Part shown: in pieces, positions 28,581 to 45,144 of the stretch
Layout of the letters: each line of letters starts with the position of its first letter
How positions within the stretch are numbered: position 1 is the stretch's first letter
Assembly (NCBI RefSeq): GCF_009914755.1
Contig: NC_060940.1
DNA length: 64,000 nt
Origin: the human T2T-CHM13v2.0 reference genome, Homo sapiens
Direction: 5' to 3' (one strand)
The notes under the pieces: generated by a model
Database searches by the model: none
The model's input: only the letters and a program-made list of their open reading frames with translations
What the model was told of the DNA's origin: nothing
Made by a program: the position numbers and the translations under genes

Positions 28581-28938
28581 TCAATCCAACACCATGGCAG
28601 AAAGCGCATTTAGATCTTTCATGTATGGGTGGGCCACCAAGATCTGGTCTATTTTCAGTCTTTGCTCTGAGTCAGGGAAGATCTTCAGAAGGGCTTCCCT
28701 CAGCTCGTTGGTTTCTGCAGAAGATCTCTGAGCTGGCATGGGCAGGTTCTGCTGGAGACTGGGGAGGGCTGGCAGCAGTGGGAAGTGGGGCTGCTGAGGG
28801 AGCCAGTGGCTTGAAGGGGCTCCCTGAATCCGGGTCGGAGGCTGGTGGCTGGTGCTGGCTGCCTGGGTGCCAGGGACTCTGAAGCTGGGGTCAAACATGC
28901 CCACATTTGGCAGGGCACTGAGTAGGGGCTGCATATCT
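28581..28938 (-). CDS. N4BP1: N4BP1 exon 7 coding part (Pro-rich linker, CUE-like/CoCUN ubiquitin-binding domain, stop)
   Basis: ttcacag|AGATATG; ORF ends [44 protein letters not shown]. Confidence 0.96.
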
Positions 28939-30639
28939 CTGTGAATGGAAGTGAGTCCTGGTGAGTTGGGTTATAAGTAAACAAAAAATCATAGAGCTAT
29001 TTTAGAAGGTACCTGCGGCAGGCCTTGAGGCTCAGGATGCCGCTCCCTGGCTTCCAAAGGCAGGATGCAAGACTGAGGTGGAGATGGTGCCATGAGACAC
29101 CCACAGAGGAGCCTGCGGGGATTTCACTGACATCACCTCAAGGCGTGCCAGGGAATCAATGCGCTCTATGAGGGAGCACCACCCTCCCAGGTCTTCTGCT
29201 GTGAGGACTGACCCCATCCAGCTGTTTGGCTCTAACCAGGGTACCCTTGGGAGCTTTCAAAAGGTTTAACAGTGTCTTACTCTTCTGAAGATTTTGATTT
29301 TGTGCAGGACCCTGATTAATAGAAATTAGAAGAGACTCCTTTTGGGGAGAGTGGCAGTCCCCACCGACTCAGTCTAGATGAGGTGTGGGTGGGTGCCCAC
29401 ACTTGTATGCACATGGGTATGTGCGAGTATGTGTGTACAGGGAGGGCATCTGTATCGCTCAAAAGCCTCCCACTGGACTCGGCCTGCAGGCGAGAAATGA
29501 GGCTAGCTGAAGTTTCCCCAACTTCAAAAGCTCAACTAACTTCAACAGCCCCTCTGTGATGGAAGTGATTCCCAACTTCTTAACCGATTTCTGAGCCGCT
29601 CCACAAAGAGCCACCAAGTGAGAGTGAAAAGGCAGGCAGGACAGACCCCGTGCCAGGTTGCTCAAGGAGCAGGAGCAAGCAGAGGACTCTCCTTCTGGTA
29701 ACTCTGACCCGCGGACCTGATTGATGCTCTGACACAGGCCTCGGGCCTGAAGCCCAGCAGGGGATTTCCAAGTTCAGATGTGGGGAAGCAAAATGAGATG
29801 GACTGATGAGCACAGCAGGTGTGGAAAATGGCTGCCATTCTCTTCATGTGGGTAGAAAAGCATGGCATTTGGGAATTAAGTCCTCGTCTGTGTCATAAAA
29901 CCCAAAGGCTCAAAAGAGAAATGATTCACAAGACCAGGGAGTTGAAATTGTAGTGGTCTCCTAGGTAGAAGAGACCACCATGTAAAAAAAGAAACCCATC
30001 ACCACCTACCACTGAATCCAAACCTACAGCTCCCAGTGGTTCCTGTTGCAAATGGAAAAGATCAGCTGGAAAGTGTGACTGCCTAAAAATGCTGAGAGAG
30101 CTGTGTGTCTTCCTCTCAGCTTAGACCCCCCATCACACCCCCATGCAAATACCAGCTGGGAATGCACAGAAGTGCAGCCTGGTTTAGTTTTTAAAAAGAG
30201 TAAACATCAGTCATGGGGTCATATGATCTCCCTGTTAGGTTCACAGGAATCTTTAGTTAATGTCTGTTACCTAAGAATTATGAAAACAGAAACAACCACT
30301 AACAAGGTGTCCTAAAAACAAAACAAACCCCAACTACAACAAAGAAAACCTAAACTACCAAATCATTTTCAGATAAATATTGAATACTGGCTTTTCCATT
30401 CAGTGAAGGTAGAAAGTAATGGTCAGTTCCCCCAGGCAGTGATTCCTAAGCAGTAAGGAAATTAATATAAGCATAACATGTTCAAAGCAAATGACTTTAG
30501 AAAGTGAATGTAAAAAGACACTCACACATACAAAATGACCCCATCAGGCACTCGTGATTCAGAGGGAGAGCTCTCACACATACATGATGAACCTAAGTAG
30601 TATTCGCCAGTAAGTGACCACCAGCTTGGAAAACTAGCT

Positions 30640-31280
<641 letters not shown>

Positions 31281-31407
31281 ACCCACAAAAAAAGTTTGGC
31301 TCCTGTCTTTTCCTAGGATGAAAACTGAAAGGACTATAGTTGAAAATCCGGGATGCTTGCTACATTAGCTTCCAAATATATGAAACCAGCACTAAATTTA
31401 AGGCTTA

Positions 31408-31720
<313 letters not shown>

Positions 31721-31795
31721 ATTTTTTTAATGTCATTTTTAGTCTATAAAGACAGCACTTGCACTAAAGCACAAAGAATTGAAATAGAAGTTTTA

Positions 31796-32038
<243 letters not shown>

Positions 32039-33683
32039 CTACAAATCCTAAGACTGCTCAACTGCCTAAAAGCGGGGAAAACACCCAAGTCAAACCCTTT
32101 TAATTTCTGTTTTGGACACAAAAACAATAGTCAGAACGTTTTATCAGCTGGCCCTCAAATTTCTCATTAAGACTTGCAGATTTGTACTGGGCTTAGGAAG
32201 CCGCTTCTTCTTCTAATATAACTTTCAATATAACTTTGAAAAATAAGATTTAAAGACTGTCAGCTTAGGACACAAATGCTGAACAAATGTTTAATTTTTG
32301 AATAAAACTGGTAATAAATGTGTCCATAAGCAAATCCACTGAAAATAATATTTTTAAAAAGGAAAACCATATATGAATAAAGGAAATCTGAGGTCTTTAG
32401 ACCACTATTTATCATATCAGGGGAAAACAGAAAATAAAATAATTTTTAAAAGTCCAAGTGCCTGTGCTTGTTGTCCAGGTCTCCTTTCTACCTTGTTTTT
32501 GTGAATGCTGAAAGCAACAGCTTGGCTGGAGAACACCAGTCTTGACTGCATTTAAACCCTCCATGCATACATGGATGAGTGTCAATAAATACTGACAATG
32601 AGCCCAGGCAGAGGTCCAACAGAAACATGCCCTACAAGATTAGTAGCTCATTAACTGTGCCCAGAAGGTCAAAGACCAATTCTTGGTTCAGCTATCAACA
32701 ACAGCTTTTTAACAGCATAGGTGTCAAAATGCATACAGTAATTAACTCTCACCTGGGCATTCATAACACAGAATCTTTTTCTAAAATCTTCTAATAATTT
32801 AGGAAAATATAAATAACAGGCAAGGTGCAACTGTGAAATCCCAACAGGGATAAATATCTAGTTATGCTAACTATATTGCAAGTTTTACTATATATTAGTT
32901 ATACTTAGTGTGGGGCATGCTTACTTTATGTTTTAAGATTTCTGGTCTATATCACTTGTCCCTGGCACTATCAGACTCTTGCTTTCTATTTTAAATAACT
33001 GGTCAGGTGATACTGGTTAACCAAAAGTCCTAGAAGCCAGTGCCCACTGATCTTAGGGCATTTTTCAGCAGTGGACACATTCATAGTATTATTACAAATG
33101 AAAAACAGCAGTGAATGCTAAACTCTTGACATAACTTTGTTTTATTTTGGATGATATCTAAAGATGTTTTCAATATAGATTATTAAACTATGACTGTAAA
33201 AACCTCCAGAAAAGCATCAGATATTAAAAAGTGGAAATATTCTCTCCAGACCATGAAGAAGTGAAAGCCCAGTCAGCACACATTGCTTTCGGTCCTTTCC
33301 TCTTGCTGGAATCCCAGTTGTCATCAAGTTCACCCTTTCACTTCACAGCTGAGTAAAATAGGAGGCCGTTTGTGCTCCATCACACTTAACTGTACCTCCT
33401 GCTTCATGCAACAAAACTCTGATGCCCTAGAAGACTGCAGTGACAGCAGAGCATGCCCACACTCATCACTGCCAGCTCTGCTGCTCTGTGCTGGGCCCCC
33501 GCTTACCTGGAGGGGCCAGCCACCTATGAAGTGGGAGTGCAGCACAGTCTTATGATACTTTGGTCCCCTATATTGCCTTCTGTGGAGCCAAGGAATATAG
33601 AAAACAAAACGAACAAAATGCACACAGAAACAAACAATTAAAAACAAAACTTTTCTGACCAAAGACAAAGAAGAAAATATTAC

Positions 33684-33791
33684 CTTTTTGTAATAATTTC
33701 TCTCCAAGAGACTGACTCATTCACAAATTCTCTGAAATTATCATTTGTCACAATTATGCCACCAGTTTTGTCCGCTAAGTGTAGTAGAAAC
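33684..33791 (-). CDS. N4BP1: N4BP1 exon 5 (108 nt, NYN domain, VTNDN motif)
   Basis: ccatag|GTTTCTA...ACAAAAAG|gtaata; translates [36 protein letters not shown]. Confidence 0.96.
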
Positions 33792-34225
33792 CTATGGTAA
33801 TATAAGAGAGTTTAAAATCAGCAACAGGCATCCTTGGCTCAGAGAAGCCATGTTATAAGAAGAGAATATTTCCTCTTCATAGGAAAACCATCAAAGAATT
33901 TAACCAAGGCTAGGCCACAGAAAAGTTTAGCCCCTATCAACTGAAGATCAATCAGAATGGTGAATATCTCTAAAATTATTAGCGTGATTACAAAATAGAT
34001 TGTCTTTCATACAATTTCTTTTGTTAAATGATCTCAACTATAATTTATTCAAAAGTTGTATTATCAATAAACAGTGTTAATAAGAATGCATGAAGACCAG
34101 AGCAGAGAATGAGAGCTGACAAGCCTGTGAAATCATTATTCAGATTTAAGTTACTGAGCAACAGTATTTTGGTTCTAAGATTAGCTGTTTAGTACAATCA
34201 GCCTTACAATTCTTTTTCCTTTTTA

Positions 34226-34535
<310 letters not shown>

Positions 34536-35891
34536 TTCATAGGTTCACACTGCTCTGATTTAAAAAGAGGTATCTAGAATTGCCATTTTGTTTAGACTAA
34601 GTTATAGATTCACTCAAATGGAAGATATGACAGGATACATGGTGATAAAAAAGGGAAAGGATGAAGCAGTAAAGAAGACTTCCATTTCACTGCTGATTAT
34701 TCATGCTTAGACCCTCTTAATAAGAAATCTGTGAGGATGTGAATTTTATCCCTTAAATTAGGGTGACCACATTTGTCTAAGGCAATGTAGACAAAGATAA
34801 TAAAAAATAAATTAAGGGACTCACTGGAATTAAAGGTAAAGACAACTGCTTTTACTAGCAGTGATGAGTACTTAATGGGGATTTAAAAAACCTCATTAGT
34901 TTCAGAGATCTTAGAAAACCTTGGAAAATAAATATGATTTAGTTCTTTGGCTTTATTAAATAACATTTTACAAATGATTTCTAACTGGTGTGAGTTGTAA
35001 GTGGTAATGTTTGCCCAGAAGTATTAACAAAAATAGGCAGTAAGGCTTCTGAGTTCATGTACCATGAATGAGAACATATATGCATGTTCTCTAAAAACCC
35101 AAAAAGCCGTATCAGCCAAGCAAGAGCTTAGTCTGCATACTTGTACGTGTGTTCCAACGCTGCTGGTGTTAGAATGAAGCTGCTGTGTTAAAGGACCTGA
35201 GCCCTGCAGGGTCCCTGCCCGTGTCACAGAGCTGAGCAGAAGTGTCCTTCCATTCCGCCTTCTAGTACTTCTCACCTATCCCCCCCGGCACCCACATATG
35301 GTATCCTCTTTCGGCTCTTCCATGCCACCTGAGTCTCACCCATCAGATCTGGTCTTGCATACCAGCCTGGTGCAGGGCAAGGGACTGTCAATGAGAAGGC
35401 CCTTTTGGTGAATGAATATATGTCTGCTGTGGTCCCAAGCCCCCCATCCCTCTGCCCAGGCCCTCTTTTCATCTCTTACCCATTTGACTATCATTCACTA
35501 GCTTGGGTCACAAGCTAAACACTATCTTCAATGGAGTGGTGTTTTGGTGGAACACAGGCGAAAACACCAGGGTTGTTGTTAGTGCTATAAGCCAGATGAA
35601 AATAAACAGGGCAAATGCAGGGGAGAAAAGAATAAACAGCTACCACTAGGCTACCAAATACTAGTAGACTTGCTACTAATTTCATACCATGAGGAGGATT
35701 TTAAAAACTGGTCCTATTTCCATTGGTTAAGTTTAGAACCTTCTCTTATTCAACCACAGCAAAACTCCCTTCTGTTACTTATGCACACGTCTTCTCAAAA
35801 TTCTTTAGGGCAGAAGGTGCATCTGAATCATGCATGTCCCCAGAACCTACCTCGGTGTATCAGATTTGGTTAGTGCTCAATAAAGTTTTTA

Positions 35892-36654
<763 letters not shown>

Positions 36655-37062
36655 TCAGACACTTCTATTATGTAGAAGAAACCCTGAGGACCCAGGCATT
36701 ACAATAACAGGCTAAGTCACTGACCAAAAGTAGACTGAGAGGAGATAATATTTGAAACCATTTTCAAGCCTGCCACACTAAGACAAGACAAACATTACTT
36801 TTAGCACCTACCAACCAGACTACAATATCTGCTTTTACTTATAGATTTTCAGCCATGTTTTACTAAAACACAAAGAGTTTCTTCTGTGGTGTTTCTAAAA
36901 ACTATGTAGCAAATATCACTGAGCATATCACCTTAATGACCATAAATATTAAACCCACTGCATCAAGCAGGTCCTCTAAAAGTGTGGACCTGTCCAGCAG
37001 AGCAGGTGGCTGGCTCCTCACCACCCCACTCCAACCTTAGGAAGGAGAATGGCCTTTCATAC

Positions 37063-37159
37063 CTGTCATCATGAGAAGCAATTCTTTCTCCAAAGACCAT
37101 CCGGGCAGGAGTTAAAGATAATATTCCGAGCTCCTGGAGCTGGGTTAAGAAGTGCTGTT
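37063..37159 (-). CDS. N4BP1: N4BP1 exon 4 (97 nt, NYN domain, SHDD motif)
   Basis: gaacag|AACAGCAC...GATGACAG|gtatga; translates [33 protein letters not shown]. Confidence 0.96.
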
Positions 37160-37412
37160 CTGTTCATGGAATAAGTTGAATATACATTCAGAAAAGGGCT
37201 ATCTTCCCAAATGTATCAAGAAATGAAAGTACACTCAAATGTTTCACTTGGAGAGCTGTAGAAAACCTTTTTTCTATTGACTCAATTTTACTAACTCACT
37301 AGGAATTAAAAAAAAAACAAGCAAGACCCATACTAAGGCAAAAACAACATATGAACTAACTTCAGTTATTTTTTAAACATAAGATTAAACTCATTTGCTT
37401 CTCAAGAATAGT

Positions 37413-37672
37413 AGGCCAGGCACAGTGGCTCACGCCTGTAATCCCAGCACTTTGGGAGGCTGAGGCAGGTGGATTACTTAAGGTCAGGAGTTCAAGACCA
37501 GACTGGCCAACATGATGAAACCCTGTCTCTACTAAAAATACAAAATTAGCCAGGTGTGGTGGCGCGTGCCTGTAATCCCAGTTACTCAGGAGGCTGAGGC
37601 AGGAGAATCGCTTGAACCCAGGAGGCAGAGGTTGCAGAGAGCTGAGACGGCACTGCTGCACTCCAGCCTGGG
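37413..37672 (+). mobile_element. AluS lacking its 3' end and tail (intron 3)
   Basis: Stops at ctccagcctggg. Confidence 0.88.
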
Positions 37673-38094
37673 TATTTAATGAAGCCTACCATCAAAAACT
37701 CTTTCAGAGCTATACTACAAGAAGTAGAGGACAAAGAGAGGGATGATAAGAGACCCTGAGAGAGGGTAGGGGTGAGGCTAGGGCAGATCTAGGGATAGGA
37801 GGGGCAAATGGTTCTACCACAAGAAAGATCCCTATGCCAAGAGTCTGTTGAAGCCTCCTCCTACTGGCCTCCTATCTAAATTCTCAAAGGTGTCCATACA
37901 AATATTTGCCAGTTTTCATGGGGGTGGGTGATGACAGTGGAGAATGGAGGGTCAAAGCTACATTTTAGAAAACCAGTAATGGGAAAAAGCAGCTAAAAGC
38001 TCAGGGCCTGAGATTCCCACACCTGCATTCCCTACAATGGTACTCACCACTGACTTAAGCAATGCAGAGCACATAAGCACTAAGAGACTCCTTC

Positions 38095-38376
38095 GGCAGG
38101 GCGTGGTGGCTCCTGCCTGTAATCCCAGCACTTTGGGAGGGTGAGGTGGGTGGATAACAAGGTCAGGAGTTCGAGACCAGCCTGGTCAATATGATGAAAC
38201 CCCGTTTCTACTAAAAATACAAAAATTAGCCGGGCGTGGTGGTGCGTGCCTGCAGTCCCAGCTACTCGGGAGGCTGAAGCAGAAGAATCACTTGAACCCA
38301 GGAGGCAGAGGTTGCAGTGAGCCGAGATCATGCCGCTGCACTCCAGCCTGAGCGACAGAGCGAGACTCCGTCTCAG

Positions 38377-38415
<39 letters not shown>
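38095..38415 (+). mobile_element. AluS with ~39-nt pure A tail (intron 3)
   Basis: TSD agactccttc. Confidence 0.93.
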
Positions 38416-38417
<2 letters not shown>

Positions 38418-39204
38418 CTCCTTCAGGGATCCAATTGCAAAAATAACAAAATGAGTGTATCTGCTTCATTCCTTATGTACCCTCTGTTAAGATGAATATG
38501 CTCTTCAAAATGGGGGAAGTTGGGAATACTTGGGAACTGTGTGGTTTGACCATTTCTGCCCCACTAGTGACTAAATTTCACTTCCTGTTTAATGTGCTGG
38601 GCAAGTCCTGTACTGACCCTCCTTCCCCACAATCTACTTTATTTTTCCAGGCCCTCTGATGTGTTAAGTTGCCTGGCACAGCCCCTTCACCTATCTTCCT
38701 ATCATGACCTATGACACAAACAACCTGAAGTTTCTCTAGAACATTTCATGATTCATAATAAGTTCAAATCTTTCGTGTGTGGCCTGCAAGTCAGCCAGAG
38801 TACTTTATGGTTAACGGAAATGATTTATATTAAGCCTTAAATAGACTGTTAAAAAGACGTAACTTGAAGGGGCCAAATTTATGAAGTGACTTCAAAAATA
38901 CTATCTAAACAGTCAGAAATCCAGCCTAATAAAAAGACATTTTTTAGAAAGTAAAAAGAAAACGTGATATATAATGAACTCTTAATATAACTTCCTGTAT
39001 AAATAACTATGTTAACTTTCCATCCTACCTCCTAGTATTTGTGATGCTGTGGCACTCTCTTCAATTGATGTTTTGCTAGGTGCAGTAGATTTACAATTTT
39101 ATTTTTAAAGCCGCTGCCTATGGCACACAGCTCTATTCTAAATAGCATGTGTTGCAATTATAAGCCAACTCATTAAACATTTCACTAGAAATCTGAAAAA
39201 ATCA

Positions 39205-39390
<186 letters not shown>

Positions 39391-39909
39391 TTAAAGCACA
39401 GTAAGTTTCACCATGAAAAGTTAACATACACATACAACAAACAGTAAGAACAAAGTTTCCTTTAATATTCTTACATTTTTGGCATTTAGTTGCACAAAGT
39501 TAGGATGGAACCCACTGTAGGGGACAGAACTCTTAATAGTGTCTTAGGATTTTTCTCACATTTTGTTAATCTAACTGGGTGTGTTGTTATGATAGAAAGC
39601 AGTGAGCTCCATGGTAATACTTGTTCCCTGTGACAGAAGAAAGGGACAAAGATGTGACATGGTCATAACCCCTGCAACCTCCGAAGATGCTGCTGTGTCC
39701 TGTCCCAGGAGGGCTCCACTCTTTTTAGGGAATGGCTATATTTACCCAGTTTACAGCTTACGAGAAACACGTTGAGGGCAAGACTCAAATGAAACTAATG
39801 GGGGGCCGTGAAAGGCTATTTTAAGAATGCAGAAAGCAGGGAAAAAAGGTAAAAAAAAAAAAAAATTAAAAGAACAGCAACAACAACAACAACAATGAAC
39901 AGTAGAGAA

Positions 39910-40080
39910 CACAGGTTAGCACACTTTTTCTGTTAAGAGCCACACAGTCTCTGTCATACCACCCAACTCTGAATGTGAAAACAGCCACAGATAACTGTAA
40001 GTGAATGTGTGCGGCTATGTTCCACATTTACAAAAACAGGTGGGCGGGCCTGATTTGGCCCATAGTTTACAATCCTTGGT
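39910..40080. mobile_element. MER58-type hAT MITE
   Basis: caggttagcacactttttctgttaagagcca...ctctgtcataccacccaactctg...gggcctgatttggcc. Confidence 0.7.
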
Positions 40081-43000
40081 ATAGAGGATTAAAAAATGCC
40101 CACCCCTCCATCCATAACACATTTCAACGGAAAGGAAGAAAGTACTTAAATTTTACTCTCCAGCAGTTAATTAAACGTGGAGATAAAAAAGTGTTAAAAG
40201 TTTAAAATTCTGCAGGTGGTAATTTGTCTACTCATGGGTATTAGAAAAAAAGACTAAAATCTCAAACTGTGATGCTGTAGTTTATGAGATTAGCATAATC
40301 TATGTTCACTGCTTCAATGGTCACTTAGATTCCAGCGACAATACTCCCTGCATCTTCAGTCCTATCTTCTCTCCATGTCTAATGCTGCATGCCAAAACTG
40401 CTCTGTAGAAATACTTCACTTGAAAGTCCTGCCATGATGGGCATATGTGTCCCGAGTTAAACCCAGGCTCTCCTAATTCCAACCTACCCTGCAAATTCCA
40501 GTGAAACTAACTTTTAAATGCAGCCCAAGGCCTTTGATTCTGCTCAGGGCCTTCAAAGGCACTGTCCTACACTAATCCTGCCTGGCTTCCAGGACCCCTC
40601 CTCGTCTGACTCGTCAGAAAGGATCTGGCCAAGTGACCCTCCCACTACCATGAGACAACCCTCTTGGTTTTGGCCAGGTCTTGCTATCTCACCCCTCCCG
40701 GTCTCTGAGCCTTTCCTTATGTTGCTTTCTATATGTGTGATGCTCTTGCACCTTTCCTTGCTCCTTCTTCAAATGCCCTCAGGACTGAATGGGCTGAATT
40801 CTGGCCCGTCTTCTTCTATGAAGTTATTTCTAGACACAGGGCCTCTCTCAGCCTCCTTCCTCTTCTGAGTTCCAATCCTGTATGGTGCACGAGAATCACA
40901 GAGATAGAATGGCATTATGCCTGTTAGAAAAAGGAGTCACTAGGGAAAGAGCAGCCTGCCTGGGTTGCAGAGCCAGGGGGATGAGCTGGATCATACTCCG
41001 GCTTCCTCACGCCTGCCCTTTCCACGACCCCACAGTGGGACTGTCACCCCACCTGCATGTGCGTTCCTTGAGAGCAGGAAGAGGCTGGACACTTCACGAA
41101 CATCTAATGCTCTGTGAGATTCACAAGAGCTACGCACAGACTCCTCTTTTTAAAGGCTATTTCTTTTTCAGTGAACCATAAATAAGATATTTCAGAGGCT
41201 CTTACCCCAGAAAATATATGTAAATAAACACACGCAATCTTGATAATTCAGGAGTGCTTTGTTTATCTAAAGGCATTCAAATATGGCAAGAAGGTAACAA
41301 AGTGACATTTTTAACTAGAAAAAAGACTGGGGGTGGTTCTTTAAAGGGGGCCTCTTTTAATCTTCCAAAAACAATAAATCATCCATCACTCTAATTGCTT
41401 AACAGCAGGGACATGCCCAGAGTTAACATCAACCACAGCCCTAATTTGAAAATCCACAACAGAACAACCTGCTGGTTCTTAGAAAAACCAAGAAATATGT
41501 ATATTTAGTCCTCAAAAGGATAACCCTTGAGATAACTGCACTGAAAAGGTTTTTAAGGTGGCTCCCTGATTACTTTGACAGATACAAATGTGTGCTACCT
41601 ACTCTCCCTCTTTTCCTTAAAGCTTCTAGTGATGGCAAGAGGAGGAACTGGATAGAGGAGGAGTACCCAGTTCAATTCCACTGGGTCACTATGTAACAAG
41701 GAAGGAAATGCAGACCGATGAATTCTGCTGCCCTGGACTCCTTACAAGTCTAGAGGGGGAACAGATGGAGGTTCTAGAAACATCAGCTCTCAACTAAATT
41801 CCAAAGTGTTATTCTCAGTAATAAGATCATATCACTTTTGATACTCTAAAAAAATCTCAGGAATGGAATTAAAATAGAGGTTCAAAATTCTGGTGGAGAA
41901 CATACAAATTTACCCAAAAAATAAAACTACAATGACAAAAAATTAAGTGAAGCCAAATTATTGTCCTCAAAATAATACAGAGGGTCGATTAAGGACCCTT
42001 CTTCCTACTTCAAGTCCTATACCCTGAGCAGGCAGACATGTGCTTACTCATCACTGTCTCCTAGCCTCTCTGCAATCAAACCAGAGTAGCATGTTGACAG
42101 GTAAACCCAGACCAAAGGTCTATTTCGACCCAAAGTATATATATAATAACACCTTGCTACTTATGGGAAGGCCAAAGCTCTGGGGCTCCCAGTTCCAAAT
42201 GCAGAATGAACAGTTATCAAGTCTGGGAGGCCAGGTGTCCAGGCCCTCAAGACATTTAAATGCCTGCTTCCATATAATTGGTTAAAGGTTATATCATCTG
42301 GTTGTTTGCCATATTATAGAATGCTGGCAACTAAAAGAAAGTGTCCAAAGTGGAGGAGAGATGGGTGACACACAGCTGATAAAAACTCATGGCAGCCATA
42401 GCACCAGACAGGGCAGTGTGGGGACAATGGAAAGTCCTTTCTGAGTTACCCAGGAAAAAGCGATTTCTTTTTATGGAACCCTAATATGGAAAAGACTAGT
42501 ATGGAAAAAAAAATGGCTAAAATACTTAATTCTGGCAAGGGAAGGGGCAAACCCCATCTACATGGAAAACTATCACCCCATATGTCAGGGGCTCTCATGC
42601 TGAAGTTTCAGGCTGACAGAGCCCAAATGTTTCTTGGCCACTACTGTGCTGTCTAGCCATACACCACAAACAATTTCCACTTACTCATCATTTGACTCAT
42701 TCATGGTGACAAGGGGGCAAGAACAAGGTATACAAAATTGGCAGCATTAAACAGGGTACTGTGGAGGTTTTCATGGTGGTATGGGCTGCAGACCTCATTC
42801 TGGATAGGCAAATGAACAAAGGCTTTACAAAAATACATCGAAGGGTGGGCCTAGGCTGCTTTAGGGTGGGGCTCACACCAACAGATCCTATTGCTTAAGG
42901 ACCAAATAAGTACTTCCCCAACTACTTGGGTCAAATCAGTGAGCTTTAGTCAGCAGTGCTATGCAACCCAAGACTTAAGTATCCAATGATGCGTTGGCCT

Positions 43001-43335
43001 GAAAATTCCAACCTTAACTTCTGCTGGAGGAGAGAGGGTATACAGCAGCTCTGGGGAAAGACATTATGGGCCCAAATCTCTATCCATGTAACCCTGGAAA
43101 ACATTTTTAAGCCACTTCATGTTGTATAAATTATAACTTTTGACTCACAATTGGTGTGAAGGTTGCATTTTTAAAAATACAGTGCCTGACACATAATAAT
43201 GGGTGATTCGGCTTTAAAATCTCAAATATTTGTTGCATTAAATATATGGCCTCAGTTAAAAATCTAAACTGGCCACTGGAATAGTAACCATGAAGTTACA
43301 AATAGGTAGTAAAAAGCCACTAAAAAAATCCTAAA

Positions 43336-43450
43336 CTGGGCATGGTAAGGCATGCCTATAGCCTCAGCTACTAGGAAAGATTGCCTGAGCCCAAAAGTTT
43401 GAGTCCAGCCTGGGCAAAATAGTGAGACTTTACCTCTTAAAAAAAGAAAA
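43336..43450 (+). mobile_element. FLAM-like monomer (intron 2)
   Basis: ctgggcatgg...gcctgagccca...ccagcctgggcaaaatagtgagac. Confidence 0.75.
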
Positions 43451-45144
43451 ATTCTAATTTGCCTTTAATTCATCAACAAGTTTTTACTGAGCTCCTACTA
43501 TGTGTCAGGGACTATGGGTATTAGAGGTAGTTCACTGAACAGAAGAAACACAAATCAGTTTCTTCATGGAATCTAGTCAAAGTTTATTCACACTTAACAT
43601 TGAAGCAACTGATTTAAAATAAGGGCTGATTTTTTTCCAACTTCCAAAAAAAATTGAGGTAAAATTCACACGACTAAAATAATCAATTCAATGGCATTTA
43701 CTACGTTCGCAATGCCGTGCAACCACCACTTACATCTAGTTCCAAAATGTTTGTCACTCCAAAATAAAACTCTATACCCATTACGCAGTTTCTTCCTAGA
43801 ATATGGGTAAATCTTAATTACTGATATTTTCAGATCAATTTACATCAAATTAAGTACAAGTCTGTCTTCTTAAAGTAACACATTCTCTTGTAAAAGTATT
43901 GCCTTTAAACAGAGACATCTGTGAATCCAAAGAAAATGTAAATCCTCCCAAAACAATCAGTTTTCCAAAAAAAAAAAAAAAAGAAGAAATAAAAAAAGAA
44001 AGCTTGCAGCTTTCCCTTAGTGTAATAATTGGTGGTTTTCAAAAGAGATGATACTGTACTCAGGGCATTAGGAAATATGTAGGAGTGTGTTTGAGGTGTC
44101 ACAACGACTGGGGAAGGATATTATAAGCAAAGTGGGAGGGACTAGATTTGCAAAACATCCTGTCACGGATAGGCAGCACCACTCTAAATTCCAACAGTGA
44201 CCCTGCTGAGAAATATGCCTGTTAACTACCCCAAAAGGTTTATAAAAAGCATCAGGATCGCTGCTCATTCTACGTTAACCTTGCATTTCTTATTTGGAAA
44301 ATCCTTCCACATATAGAAAAGTGAAAGAGGATGAGAATTGCTCACAATTGTGACCTAAATTTTGTGTCACGAGTTGGCTCAAGAAATCGTAACAATGAAG
44401 AACTTGTTCCGGGCTTGGGGTGTGGGTGACTGAAGTGACATTTTTGCTTAGATATCGCTATGCAGCTGCGGATCATTTGCTGGGTTTCCCCTAACAGGGC
44501 TGCCAAAAAAACCAAAGTGAAATGACAATAAACAGTATTATTTGGAAATGAAGATAAGCATATTGCATATTTTTGCTGCCTGTCTTCAAACTTTAACATC
44601 TGAAATGATGACATTTTCTTTTTGACAGCAAAACACAGCTTCGATAATTCATTCAAATAATAAAAAGCAGAAGAATCCTTATATTTTAAAAAATACATAT
44701 TAAAATATTTATGACCATATATCTGAGATTTCCTTCAAAATAATAGGGGTGGAAAGAAGAAGTAAGGGCTAGGATGAAACAAGACTGATCACGAGCTGGT
44801 AATTGTTGAAGGTGGGTGATGAACCCCTGGGAATTCATTATCTTATCTTATGTATTTGAAAATCCTAATAAAAAATTTACAAAACAAAAAATTACAAATA
44901 TACTATAAACATATATTTCAAAAATAACATTTATTTTTCAATCCTAATAGGTATTCTTAAAAACTCAGGGCATTTACTGATCTTTCAGAACTCCTAAAAA
45001 AGAAGTTACACAAACATTCAGCAATTCAGAAAAGTATTTTTAAGATTTGGCAACTTCTCTCTCATTCCATGTCCAGGTGTCCTGTTTCTTGAATTGCGGC
45101 TACTTAAAATGCCAGACCTTGAATATTTCTTCAAAAATCAATGG

